Assembly: GCA_965214705.1 (NCBI GenBank)
Contig: CBDCCI010000001.1
Coordinates: forward strand, 320,001 to 384,000
DNA: 64,000 nucleotides
Direction: 5' to 3'
From: Alphaproteobacteria bacterium
GTDB lineage: Bacteria > Pseudomonadota > Alphaproteobacteria > UBA828
Numbering within the stretch: the first letter of the stretch is position 1; the number at the start of each line of letters is the position of its first letter. Shown piece by piece: positions 53,973 through 63,728 of this stretch. A program made the position numbers and the translations under genes. The notes under the pieces were generated by a model. It was not told the origin of the DNA and made no database searches. It saw only the letters and a list, made by a program, of their open reading frames with translations.

Positions 53973-53978
53973 AACCAT

Positions 53979-54882
53979 CGCCGAGATGACCTGGGCCTCG
54001 GCGGGTGTCGCGGCTCATGTCGAGGACATCATCCTCAAGGAAGGCTACGGCTGCGATACCGAGATCGTGCCGGGCGACACGGTGCCCACCGTCACCTCCA
54101 TGACGGAGAAGGGCGAGCCCGACATCGCGCCCGAGGTGTGGATCAACTCCGCGCGCGAGATCGTGGGCAAAGCGGTGGAGGAAGGCCGCCTCGTGATCGC
54201 CGGCGAGATCCTTTCCGACGGCGGCGAGGAAGGCTGGTGGGTTCCTGACTACGTGGTGGAGCAGAATCCGGAGCTCACCACCCTGCAGGAGGTCATCAAG
54301 CGGCCCGACCTCTTCCCCGACAAGGAGGAGCCGGGCAAGGGTCGCTTCTACGGCTGCCCGCCAGGCTGGGCCTGCGAGTACGTCAACTCCAATCTCTTCA
54401 AGGCTTATGGGCTCGACGACGCAGGTTTCACCATCTTCAATCCCGGCTCGGGCGAGGGGCTGGCCGGGGCGATCGCCAGCGCCTATGAGCGCGGCAACCC
54501 GATCTTCGCCTACTACTGGGCGCCGACCGCGCTGCTAGGCAACTACCCGATGGTGAAGCTCGGCGGGATGGTGCACGACCCGGAGACGTGGCCCTGCATC
54601 ATCGACAAGGATTGCGCCGACCCGCAGCCAAACATGTACGCGAAGTCGGTAGTGCTCACGGTGGTGACCGCGAGCTTCGCCGAGAGCGCGCCCGACGCCT
54701 TCGGGTTCGTCTCCAGCGTCTCCTGGCCGAATAACCTGGTGAACAGCGTCCTGGCGTGGAAGGACTCGAATCAGGCGACCACGCGGGAAGCGGCGGAGTA
54801 CTTCCTCAAGAACCATGAGGACGTGTGGACCGCCTGGGTGTCCGAAGACGTGGCAGCCAAGGTGAAGGCGGCGATGATGTAG
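53979..54882 (+). pseudogene. 3' part of the glycine betaine/choline-type ABC substrate-binding protein (ProX-like), separated from its signal peptide
   Basis: EMTWAS, PDIAPEVW, GCPPGWAC, YYWAPT; frame intact to the stop codon. Confidence 0.88.
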
Positions 54883-55045
54883 CCCGCTTCCGGCGGGTCA
54901 GACACCGACCGGAAGAGTCCGCGCCGGCCCGCTCTCCCGCCCCGTCCCGGTGAACCGTATGGTGCGTCGGGACGGGGAGCCGCGCCGGCGCGGCCCGGGT
55001 GGGAGCGGCATGTCCTCGGGGGAGCAGAACCGGGGAGCCTGAGCC

Positions 55046-55927
55046 GTGACTGACTGGGTCCTGAATTTTCCCACTCTCGACATTGCCACGCTGCGCGCCG
55101 TCCACAAGTCGATCGACGCAGCTTACAAGACGTTTTCGCGCAACTACGGCGATGCCATCGAAAGCGCCTTCGACCCGCTTCTCTGGCTCCTGATCAGGTT
55201 CGAGTGGATCCTGCTCAACGCCCCCTGGTGGGTGATCGTGCTCGCGATCGCAGGCATCTGCTACGCCGCGAGCCGGCGCGTGCGGCTGAGCCTCGGCGTC
55301 ATCGTCGCCTTCCTCATCATCGGTGTCCTCGGCATGTGGGAGGACACGATGCGCACGCTCGCCATCATCTTCGTCGCCACCCTCATCGCCATCGCCATCG
55401 GCATTCCCCTCGGCATCGCCATGTCGCGTTCCGACCGCATGCAGGCGTTCATGACGCCGATCCTCGACGTGATGCAGACGATGCCGATCTTCGTCTACCT
55501 GATCCCCGTGGTGATGCTGTTCGGCCTCGGCAAGATACCGGGGCTGATCGCGGTGGTGATCTACGCCGTGCCGCCGGTGATCCGGCTGACCAACCTCGGC
55601 ATCCGCCTGGTGGACCAGGAGGTGCTTGAGGCGGCGGACGCCTTCGGCGCCGGTACCTGGCGAAGGCTCTTCGGCGTGCAGTTGCCGCTGGCGCTGCCCA
55701 ACATCATGGCCGGCGTCAACCAGACCATCATGATGGCGCTCTCGATGGTGGTGATCGCCTCGATGATCGGCGTGAAGGGCCTCGGCATGCCCGTGCTCCA
55801 GGCGGTTACCAACCAGTACTTCGCCCTCGGCCTCTTCAACGGGGCGGCGGTGGTCGGGCTCGCGATCGTGTTCGACCGGGTGACCCAGAGCTACGGCCGG
55901 CGCATCCAGGCGCAGCGGCAGTCATGA
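55046..55927 (+). CDS. proW: Glycine betaine/proline ABC transporter permease
   Basis: PILDVMQTMPIFVYLIP, EAADAFG, GVNQTIMMALSMVVIASMIG. Confidence 0.88.
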   Translation: MTDWVLNFPTLDIATLRAVHKSIDAAYKTFSRNYGDAIESAFDPLLWLLIRFEWILLNAPWWVIVLAIAGICYAASRRVRLSLGVIVAFLIIGVLGMWEDTMRTLAIIFVATLIAIAIGIPLGIAMSRSDRMQAFMTPILDVMQTMPIFVYLIPVVMLFGLGKIPGLIAVVIYAVPPVIRLTNLGIRLVDQEVLEAADAFGAGTWRRLFGVQLPLALPNIMAGVNQTIMMALSMVVIASMIGVKGLGMPVLQAVTNQYFALGLFNGAAVVGLAIVFDRVTQSYGRRIQAQRQS

Positions 55928-57006
55928 CCGCGCAAACCCACGAAGGCATCCACGTCGGACGCCTGTACAAGGTGTTCGGCACCGACCCGGCGTCCGTGAT
56001 GCCGCTGGTGCACGAGGGCATCGGCAAGCAGGAGCTGCTGGAAGACCACGGTCACGTGCTTGGACTGCGCGACATCAATCTGGACGTGTCCCCGCGCAGC
56101 ATCCAGGTCGTCATGGGGCTCAGCGGCTCCGGCAAGTCCACCCTGGTCCGCCATATCAACCGTCTCATCGACCCGACCGAAGGCGAAATCCGCGTGGACG
56201 GGGAGGACATGCTCGCGCTCGACGCCGCAGCGCTAAAGCAACTCCGACGCTACAAGATCAGCATGGTGTTCCAGCGCTTTGCGCTGTTCCCGCACCGGAC
56301 CGTGATGGACAACATCAGTTACGGCCTGGCGCTTCAACGCCTTGCCAAGCGCGAACGCGCCGACCGCGCGGCGCGATGGATCGAGAGGGTCGGCCTGCAG
56401 GGCTACGAAAACTCCTATCCGCATCACCTCTCGGGCGGTATGCAGCAGCGCGTCGGCCTCGCCCGCGCGCTCGCGACCGATGCAGACATCTTGCTGATGG
56501 ACGAGGCCTTCAGTGCGCTCGATCCGCTGATCCGATCGGACATGCGGGTGCTGCTGCTGGACCTGCAGCACGAGTTGCACAAGACCATCGTGTTCGTCAC
56601 CCACGACCTCGAGGAAGCCATTGAGATCGGCGACCGCATCGCGATCCTGCGCGACGGCGAGGTCGTTCAGAACGGCGATTCGCAGGACATCGTGCTGCGC
56701 CCAGCGGACTCCTACATCGCCGACTTCACGAAGAGCATCAATCGCGGCCGCGTCATTCGCGTGGGCTCCATCATGGAGCCGCTCAGGCCGGACTTGCAGG
56801 GGCCCGATTGCCCGCACGACATGTCGGTGGAGGAGGCGCTGCCGGTCGCGGTCGCATCACCCGGTGGCGAGGCCCGCGTCCTGAACGGCGAGGGCGAGCC
56901 GGTCGGCACCGTATCGCTCGGCACCCTGGTCCGCGCCCTCGGCAACGACCGGGAGCGCGACCGGGCGGCGGCGGGGAACGCCGGGCAGGCGGCCGAAGCC
57001 GGTTGA
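55924..57006 (+). CDS. proV: Glycine betaine/proline ABC transporter ATPase
   Basis: MGLSGSGKST, LSGGMQQRVGLARA, LMDEAFSALDPLIR. Confidence 0.9.
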   Translation: MTAQTHEGIHVGRLYKVFGTDPASVMPLVHEGIGKQELLEDHGHVLGLRDINLDVSPRSIQVVMGLSGSGKSTLVRHINRLIDPTEGEIRVDGEDMLALDAAALKQLRRYKISMVFQRFALFPHRTVMDNISYGLALQRLAKRERADRAARWIERVGLQGYENSYPHHLSGGMQQRVGLARALATDADILLMDEAFSALDPLIRSDMRVLLLDLQHELHKTIVFVTHDLEEAIEIGDRIAILRDGEVVQNGDSQDIVLRPADSYIADFTKSINRGRVIRVGSIMEPLRPDLQGPDCPHDMSVEEALPVAVASPGGEARVLNGEGEPVGTVSLGTLVRALGNDRERDRAAAGNAGQAAEAG

Positions 57007-57009
57007 CGT

Positions 57010-60000
57010 CTATTCCGCTGCTGCGGCTTCCTTCACCGCGTCGGCGAAGCTCGCGTCGCGGCCGTAGGCCGAGAGCCCTTCCACGCTGACGAAGCCGTCT
57101 TCCAGGTCGGCGCGTAGCGCGTCCTCCGCCCGCTCGTGCGGGTCGCCGTAGCCGCCGCCGCCCGGCACGCGGACCAGGATCTGATCGCCCCGGTGGAGCC
57201 GGATGTTGACGAACTTGGTGGGGCTCACGGTGCCGTAGACCTCCTTGAAGGTGCGGAACTCATCGTCCTCGACCCGCTTGACGAAGAAGCCCGTGGGCGC
57301 GCCAGCCTCCCCCTTCATCAACCCATAGGGTCCCTCGGTGATGCGGTCGGTGAGCGCGCTCACGCTGATCGCGTCCGCGATCACCTCGAACTGCCGCCAG
57401 CAGCCGAGCCCGCCCCGCCACTTGCCCGCGCCGCCTGAATCGGGGCGGATCTCGTACTTCATCACCCTGAGCGGGAAGCGGGTCTCGAACACCTCGATCG
57501 GCGTGGCACGGATGGTGCTTGCGTGCGCGCAGCAGAGCGCGGTGTTGCCGTCCTTGCCGAGCCGGCCGCCCCAGCCGCCGCCTTCGAGCTGGTAGTGGGT
57601 CCAATACTCGCCGGTATCGGGGTGGATTCCGCCGAGCAGCAGGTTGCACGCGGTGCCGCCCTCGGCCGCGCTCACCATCTCCGGCACGGCTTTGGAGAGC
57701 GCGTGCTGTACCGCCGCGATGATGCGGGGCTGGCCTTCGGTGTTGCCGGCGACGCTCGGCGCGGGAAACACCGGGTTCGCCACCGTGCCAGGCGGCGCCA
57801 CCACGCGGAGAGGCTTGAAGCAGCCGCTGTTGAGCGGCACGTCGCGGGCGCAGAGGGTCTGCAGCACTGCGGTGCAGCCGGCGGCGGCGGTCGCCACGTA
57901 GGTGACGTTGATCGGCCCCCGCGCCTGCTCGTCCGATTCCGAGAGATCGACCACAATCTCTTCCTCGCGGATGTGCACCGTCGGGCGGAAGTAGAAGCGA
58001 TTGGTGCTGACCCCGTCGTCCTCGAAGTAGTCCTCGGCCTTGTAGATGCCGTTGGGGAGCTTGCGGATCTCGTTCCGCATCCAGTGCTCGGCGTGATCCA
58101 CGAGCGCGTCGCAAATCTTCTCGAAGGTCTCGACGCCGAGCCGCTTCACCATAGCCCCCAGCCGCTGCTCGGCGGTGTTGAGCGAGCCGATCATCGCGTG
58201 GAAGTCGCCCCAGGTAGTGTTGGGCGTGCGGTGATTGGCGAGCGCGATGCGCCAGACGTCCTTCACGTACTCGCCGCGCGAGAGCAGCTTCACCGGGGGC
58301 AGCCGGAGCCCCTCCTGAAACACCTCGGTGGCGGTGCTGGCGAAGGAGCCCACCGCCATGCCGCCGATCTCGGCGATGTGGGCGATGTTGGCGGCGTAGC
58401 CGATCAGCGTGCCGTCGACGAAGACCGGCTTCATCAGCAGGTGCTCCGGCATGTGGCACTGGCCGCGGTAGGGATCGTTGTGGACGATCACGTCGCCGGG
58501 CTCGATCGGCTCCTCCATCTCCTTCACGCAGAGCGGCACCGTGTGCAGGCCTGCGCAGATGATCGCCGGGTTCATCTCGGCCTGGCCCACCATGCGCAGG
58601 CGGCGGTCGAACAGGCAGCACGAGAAGTCTCGCGATTCGCTGAAGATCGGCGAATACGCGGTGCGCACCATGGCGCTTTCCATCTCGTTACAGATGTTGC
58701 CGAGCGCGTTGTTGACCACGGTGAGCGTGACCGGGTCCTTCTCCGGCGCGAGCCGTCCGGTGCCCACCGCAGCACCGGCGGCCCTGGGCAGGCTCACGAT
58801 CAGGCTGCCGTCGGCGCCGATCTCCACCTCGCTCTGCGGCGGCACGAGGGTGGTGGAATCCATCTCGTCGATGATCGCGGGCCCCGCGACCACGGAGCCT
58901 GCGGGAAGCTCGGCGCGGCGGTAGATCGGCGTCTCCAGCGGCTGGTCGCCGTCGAAGTAGACCTCGCGGTGGGCGTGGGCCTGGCCCGAGCCCACGGCGG
59001 GCGCGCCCAGGGTCGCATCGGTGCGCTCCTCGCCGACGGCGATCACCCGCACCTCGGTCATCTCGGCGACCTTGTCGCGGAGCGCGTAGCCGTAGAGCTC
59101 CTCGTGCTGGCGGTGGAGCCCCTCCAGCGCCCGCGCGAAGCCGTCCCCATCGAGCTCCAGGGTGTCGAGCTGAACCAGCTCGCCGAAGTTCTGGCCCATG
59201 TAGCGCATGCTGATGTAGCCGGTGACCCGCGCCTCGCCCTCCAGCCCATCGCGCTTGAGTTCCTCGACCGCATCGCGGGCGAGTGCCTGGAGCTGGCTGT
59301 TGAGGGCAGGCAGGTCCACCGTGTCCGAACGGTGGTTGACCGTGCGCGCGCGGTCGACACGGAGGTCGGTGAGCAGCGTGCCGAGCGCCGAGCAGAGCCC
59401 CGGATGCGGCGGGACGACGACCTTCTTCATCTCCAGCGGGGCCGCGACATCGACGGCGTGGAGCGGGCCTGCGCCGCCGAAGGCGATCAGGGCATAGTCG
59501 CGGTGGTCGATGCCGCGCTCGACCGTCATGAGCCGGATTGCGTCGGCCATGTTCTCGGCCGCCGTCTCCAGGATCGCGCGCGCCGTCTCCACCGCCGTGA
59601 GCCCGAGCGTCTGGCCGAGCCCGGCCACGGCCTCGTGCGCCTTGCCGGCATCGAGCGTCATCTCGCCGCCGAGGAAATAGTCGGGGTCGAGACGGCCGAG
59701 CACCACGTTCGCGTCGGTGACCGTGGGCTCGGTCCCGCCCTTGCCGTAGCAGGCAGGGCCGGGGTCGGCGCCGGCGCTGCGTGGCCCGACGCGGAGCAGG
59801 CCGCCCACGTCGACATAGGCGATGGAGCCGCCGCCTGCGCCGATGGTGGTGTAGTCGATGAAGAGCGCGCTCACCGGCACGCCCCACTCCACCTCGTACT
59901 CGGTGGTTGAGCCGAAGGCGCCGTCGGTGACGAGGCCGACGTCGCAGCTGGTGCCGCCCATGTCGAGGGTGACGCCGTTGCCTTCGGCGTGGTCGCGGGC

Positions 60001-60825
60001 GAAGCGGGCGCCGGCGATGACCCCGCCGGCGAGGCCGGAGAGCAGAAGCTGGACCGGCGCATCGCCCGCAGACTCCGCCTGCAGATGGCCGCCGTTCGAC
60101 TTCATGAGCGAGAGCGGCGCCGCGATCCCCGCCTTCTCCAGGTCGGTCGAGACCTGACCCACGAAGCGGTCGATGATGCGCTTGATGAAGGCGTCGGTGA
60201 TGACCGTGGCGCTCCGCTGATACTCGCGCCAGATCGGGCAGACATCGCTGGAGAGCGAAACTGGCAGCTCGGGGAAGCGCTCGGCCAGATAGACGCCGAT
60301 GGCCTCCTCGTGGCTGGTATCGACATAGGAGAAGAGCAGATTGACCGCGACCGCCCACTCCTGGGCCGGGTCGCTCTTGCGCCATTCGTCGATCCAGTCG
60401 CCGAGCCGCTTCAGCTCAGGCTCTTCCAGCGGGACCAGGATGTTGCCCTTGTGATCGACGCGCTCTTTGATGCCGAAGACATGGCGGCGCAGCACGCCCG
60501 CGCTGGGCTTCTCCCACGCCGGATTGTAGGCCTCTTTGCGCGCGATCAGCCCGATGATGGGCACGTCCTGCACGCCGTCGGTGCCGACGTAGAGCACGGT
60601 CGCGCCCTTCTTCTGCAGGCGCGCATTGGTGGCGATGGTGGTGCCGAGCACGATGCGGCCGATCTCGTCCGGCGTGAGCCGGCTCTGGTCGATGGCGTTG
60701 AGCGGCGCCGCGGCCGGCTGCTGCGGCGTGGAGGGGACCTTGACGGTGCGGATGTTTCCGCTCGCGTCGTCCAGCGCAACCAGGTCGGTGAACGTGCCGC
60801 CGGTGTCGATGCCGACCCTATACAT
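57010..60825 (-). CDS. Fused hydantoinase A/B (5-oxoprolinase-like ATP-dependent lactamase)
   Basis: IDTGGTFTD, DMGGTSCD, GAGGGS, SAGADPGPACY; then RTAYS..ESRDFS, HNDPY..HMPE, HIAEIGG, GAGKWRGG, GGGGYGDP; GGAGG RBS before ATG 60825. Confidence 0.92.
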   Translation of the reverse strand: MYRVGIDTGGTFTDLVALDDASGNIRTVKVPSTPQQPAAAPLNAIDQSRLTPDEIGRIVLGTTIATNARLQKKGATVLYVGTDGVQDVPIIGLIARKEAYNPAWEKPSAGVLRRHVFGIKERVDHKGNILVPLEEPELKRLGDWIDEWRKSDPAQEWAVAVNLLFSYVDTSHEEAIGVYLAERFPELPVSLSSDVCPIWREYQRSATVITDAFIKRIIDRFVGQVSTDLEKAGIAAPLSLMKSNGGHLQAESAGDAPVQLLLSGLAGGVIAGARFARDHAEGNGVTLDMGGTSCDVGLVTDGAFGSTTEYEVEWGVPVSALFIDYTTIGAGGGSIAYVDVGGLLRVGPRSAGADPGPACYGKGGTEPTVTDANVVLGRLDPDYFLGGEMTLDAGKAHEAVAGLGQTLGLTAVETARAILETAAENMADAIRLMTVERGIDHRDYALIAFGGAGPLHAVDVAAPLEMKKVVVPPHPGLCSALGTLLTDLRVDRARTVNHRSDTVDLPALNSQLQALARDAVEELKRDGLEGEARVTGYISMRYMGQNFGELVQLDTLELDGDGFARALEGLHRQHEELYGYALRDKVAEMTEVRVIAVGEERTDATLGAPAVGSGQAHAHREVYFDGDQPLETPIYRRAELPAGSVVAGPAIIDEMDSTTLVPPQSEVEIGADGSLIVSLPRAAGAAVGTGRLAPEKDPVTLTVVNNALGNICNEMESAMVRTAYSPIFSESRDFSCCLFDRRLRMVGQAEMNPAIICAGLHTVPLCVKEMEEPIEPGDVIVHNDPYRGQCHMPEHLLMKPVFVDGTLIGYAANIAHIAEIGGMAVGSFASTATEVFQEGLRLPPVKLLSRGEYVKDVWRIALANHRTPNTTWGDFHAMIGSLNTAEQRLGAMVKRLGVETFEKICDALVDHAEHWMRNEIRKLPNGIYKAEDYFEDDGVSTNRFYFRPTVHIREEEIVVDLSESDEQARGPINVTYVATAAAGCTAVLQTLCARDVPLNSGCFKPLRVVAPPGTVANPVFPAPSVAGNTEGQPRIIAAVQHALSKAVPEMVSAAEGGTACNLLLGGIHPDTGEYWTHYQLEGGGWGGRLGKDGNTALCCAHASTIRATPIEVFETRFPLRVMKYEIRPDSGGAGKWRGGLGCWRQFEVIADAISVSALTDRITEGPYGLMKGEAGAPTGFFVKRVEDDEFRTFKEVYGTVSPTKFVNIRLHRGDQILVRVPGGGGYGDPHERAEDALRADLEDGFVSVEGLSAYGRDASFADAVKEAAAAE

Positions 60826-61057
60826 CGCTTGCCTCCTCGCCATGCGTGGCTTCCTCGACGCGGCCGGCCGCCTTCGCTTCGGCGAACTCCGCCCGGACCC
60901 GCCGCTTCACGTCGGCGCACTTGTCCTCGCAGAACATCTCGCCGGGGAACTCGTCGTCCACCCAGTATTCCCGCGCCATCATGATGCCGCAGAAGGAACA
61001 GTTGAAAATTCGCGTGTCGTACCAGGCGAGCTCAAACGGGAGCCACTTGCCGCTCAT
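60818..61057 (-). CDS. Small putative Zn-binding protein (79 aa)
   Basis: CSFC...CEDKC; GGGGAG RBS; its stop overlaps the hydantoinase start. Confidence 0.72.
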   Translation of the reverse strand: MSGKWLPFELAWYDTRIFNCSFCGIMMAREYWVDDEFPGEMFCEDKCADVKRRVRAEFAEAKAAGRVEEATHGEEASDV

Positions 61058-61255
61058 CTCTCCCCGCCTCCCAGCGTGTCTCGGACGGCCGAGACACTTT
61101 CATGGCGCGCCATGCGGGTCAACCGCACGGCTACCGGGCCGTTAGGCCCGGACGGCGCGACCGCGCCGCGCGCGTAGCGCGGAGCCAAGCGAACGGAGTG
61201 AGCGCCCGGCGCCTGAGGGAAATGAAAGAGGGGGTGAGGTACGGACAGCGCCCCT

Positions 61256-62224
61256 CTACCAGCCGCGCGCCTGCTCGATGATGCGGACGTTGGCGAGCCC
61301 GTCCTGGGCCGTGACCGCGAGCGGCGTGCCGCGGGCGATGGCGCGGGTGATGCTTTCAACCTGGGCCTTGTAAGTGTCGTGGCCCGCGAGCGGGACGGTG
61401 CGCGGCTCGCCGCCCTTGCGCACCGTGGTCATGGTGCCCGGAATGCCGACGAAGCCGCCCTCAATCGTGCAACAGCTCTCGCTGCCGAGCAGCTCGAACC
61501 CGCCGCCGGTGGTCACGGCGGTGGAGGCCGTGATCGTGCCGAAGGCACCGTTGGCGAAGCCGATGGAGACCGCGGCAGTGTCAGCCGAGCGCCCGTAGGC
61601 CTTGTTGGCGAGGTGGGCATGCACTGTCTTCGCCTCGCCGTTGAACCAGCGCAGCAGGTCGATGAAGTGGGTGCCGATATCGCCCAGCACCCAGCAGCCC
61701 GACTTCTCGTCGTCGAGGCGCCACCAGTCGTCGGGCACTTCGGGGTAGCGGTAGCGGAACTGACAGTGCATGTGCACCGGCTCGCCGAAGCGGCCTGCCT
61801 GCCATTGCGCGCGGATGGCATCGAGCCTCGGGTGGTAGCGGCTGTTGTAGCCGATGGTGAGCAGTCGCTCGGCCTTCTTGGCGGCCCGGATCATTGCCCG
61901 GCACTCGGCCTGGTTCATGGCCATGGGCTTCTCGCAGAGCACGTGCTTGCCGGCCTTGAGTGCGGTGATGGTCTGGTCCCTGTGCAGGTGGTTGGGGCTC
62001 GCGATCCACACCACGTCGATGGCGGGATCGGCGAAGAAGGCCTCGAGGTCCGTGTAGCCGCGGGCCACGCCGTGGCTCGCGCAGTAGCGCTCGGCGTTCT
62101 CCTGCTTCGTGGACAGCACGGCCTTGAACCGCGCGCCCCGCGCCGCATTGATCGCCGGGCCAAGGATCATGTCGCTCCAGCCCCGCGTGCCGATCATGCC
62201 CCAGCCGACCGGTTTCGCCGCCAT
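61256..62224 (-). CDS. Gfo/Idh/MocA family oxidoreductase
   Basis: ASPNHLH, GKHVLCEKP, DIGTHFID. Confidence 0.9.
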   Translation of the reverse strand: MAAKPVGWGMIGTRGWSDMILGPAINAARGARFKAVLSTKQENAERYCASHGVARGYTDLEAFFADPAIDVVWIASPNHLHRDQTITALKAGKHVLCEKPMAMNQAECRAMIRAAKKAERLLTIGYNSRYHPRLDAIRAQWQAGRFGEPVHMHCQFRYRYPEVPDDWWRLDDEKSGCWVLGDIGTHFIDLLRWFNGEAKTVHAHLANKAYGRSADTAAVSIGFANGAFGTITASTAVTTGGGFELLGSESCCTIEGGFVGIPGTMTTVRKGGEPRTVPLAGHDTYKAQVESITRAIARGTPLAVTAQDGLANVRIIEQARGW

Positions 62225-62541
62225 GCTCACCTCCCGCATACCTGTCGTCGCCGCGCGATGGTATCACGGGGCGAGACATGCGACCCGAGGCCGGCTGCAG
62301 CAGCATTGACACCCGCCCGATCTTTCGCCCACCCGACGTAACCATGCGCGGTTACGTGTTACGTTCGTTTCCGCCGCTTGTGTTGCAAAATGAGCCATTC
62401 CGGCGCATGAGTGCGGCGGGTCTTGAGCCACGATGCACGAACTTCCTGCGTGGAATCGCTGCCGACAGTAATGTGTGAGCAGCACTGGAATCGGTTATGG
62501 CTGTGGGCTGTACACGGGAGCGGTGAATCACTCGTAGGGAA

Positions 62542-63444
62542 TTGGACTTGCTGAAATCGGACATCGGCGAATTGGGCGCCGTGCTGCTTTACCAATTCGT
62601 CGCGAGGCGATTCCTTCCCGTCTCTTGGTTTCGCCGGGTCGATCCCGCGCGGATTCCCAGAGCGAAGCGCCGGGACCGGCTTCACCTGCACATAGTGAGC
62701 CACTGTTGGCGCTACGGCCATTTCCTGACCTATCAGCTTAGCTCTCTCGTTATTCATGGAAGCGCAAGATGCGACCTCACGATGACGGTGTACTACTCCC
62801 CCGAAGATGAGCAAACCCAGGAGGTGCTACGTTTCTTCGGAGAGATTGAGCTCCCAGGTATCACATGGGACTGGCAGCCATTGCCGAACGAATCCCTGTT
62901 TCGGCGTGGCATCGGTCGAAATCTCTCGGCGAAGCGAAGTACCGCCGATTGGGTTTGGTTTACTGACGCGGATGTCGTCTTCGGAGAGGGCTGCTTGGAT
63001 TCTCTGGCGGAGCTTCTTCAGGACAGGGACGACATGCTCGTCTTTCCTGCGTTGACGCGAGCAACCATGTTACTGCCGGAAGAGGATCCCGTCTTGCAGC
63101 GAGGTCGAACGGGTCCGGCGGTCATAGACCTTCCGCTGCAAGCGTTCCCGTATCGCCTGGGGCCGGCGAAGAGAGCCATGGGCCCCTACCAGATTGTGCA
63201 CGGGGACATCGCACGCGCGTTCGGATACTGCGACTCGATACCTGTCTATCAGAAACCAGCCAAGCATTGGCGCAAGTGCTATGAAGACTCCGCGTTCCGG
63301 TGGCTACTCGGCACGCATGGCGTGCCCATTGACCTCGCAGGGGTGTGTCAAATCCGGCACCTCACCAAGGGCCGATACCGACAAAGTACGCTAAACGCGG
63401 TTTTCCGTACCTTTCTACGCAAGAGACGGAACCCGCAGCGGTGA
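62542..63444 (+). CDS. Putative GT2/GT-A fold glycosyltransferase
   Basis: RRGIGRN, WVWFTDAD (DxD), YED; lower GC; start uncertain. Confidence 0.72.
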   Translation: MDLLKSDIGELGAVLLYQFVARRFLPVSWFRRVDPARIPRAKRRDRLHLHIVSHCWRYGHFLTYQLSSLVIHGSARCDLTMTVYYSPEDEQTQEVLRFFGEIELPGITWDWQPLPNESLFRRGIGRNLSAKRSTADWVWFTDADVVFGEGCLDSLAELLQDRDDMLVFPALTRATMLLPEEDPVLQRGRTGPAVIDLPLQAFPYRLGPAKRAMGPYQIVHGDIARAFGYCDSIPVYQKPAKHWRKCYEDSAFRWLLGTHGVPIDLAGVCQIRHLTKGRYRQSTLNAVFRTFLRKRRNPQR

Positions 63445-63728
63445 GCACGGGGTACTCTTGTTTCGACTGACATCGCCCATCATCTTCGCCTCCGAGCTCA
63501 TCACGCGGGGAAGGAAAGTGACGCAAGGACGCTCGGCCAAATTCCCCAGTGCATCAATGGCCAGTAAGTCGTCCGGTTTGGAGATACGCTGCCATTTGCC
63601 TGGCGGATTTTGCGCGATTCTTTGATCCGCCGATGACCGAGGCGGCCCCTTTCTTGACACGAAAAACGCGCTTATCCCTTCCGGCCGCGATGGATCGCCG
63701 ATTCGCCCGAGCTGGACTTGTGGGTTCT

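Larger units (their letters stand above)
51313..53978 (+). mobile_element. Tyrosine recombinase plus IS91-like transposase element (2666 bp), flanked by an ACCAT direct repeat
   Basis: ACCAT at 51308-51312 and 53974-53978; splits a host gene precisely; two recombination genes; structured ends. Confidence 0.92.
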
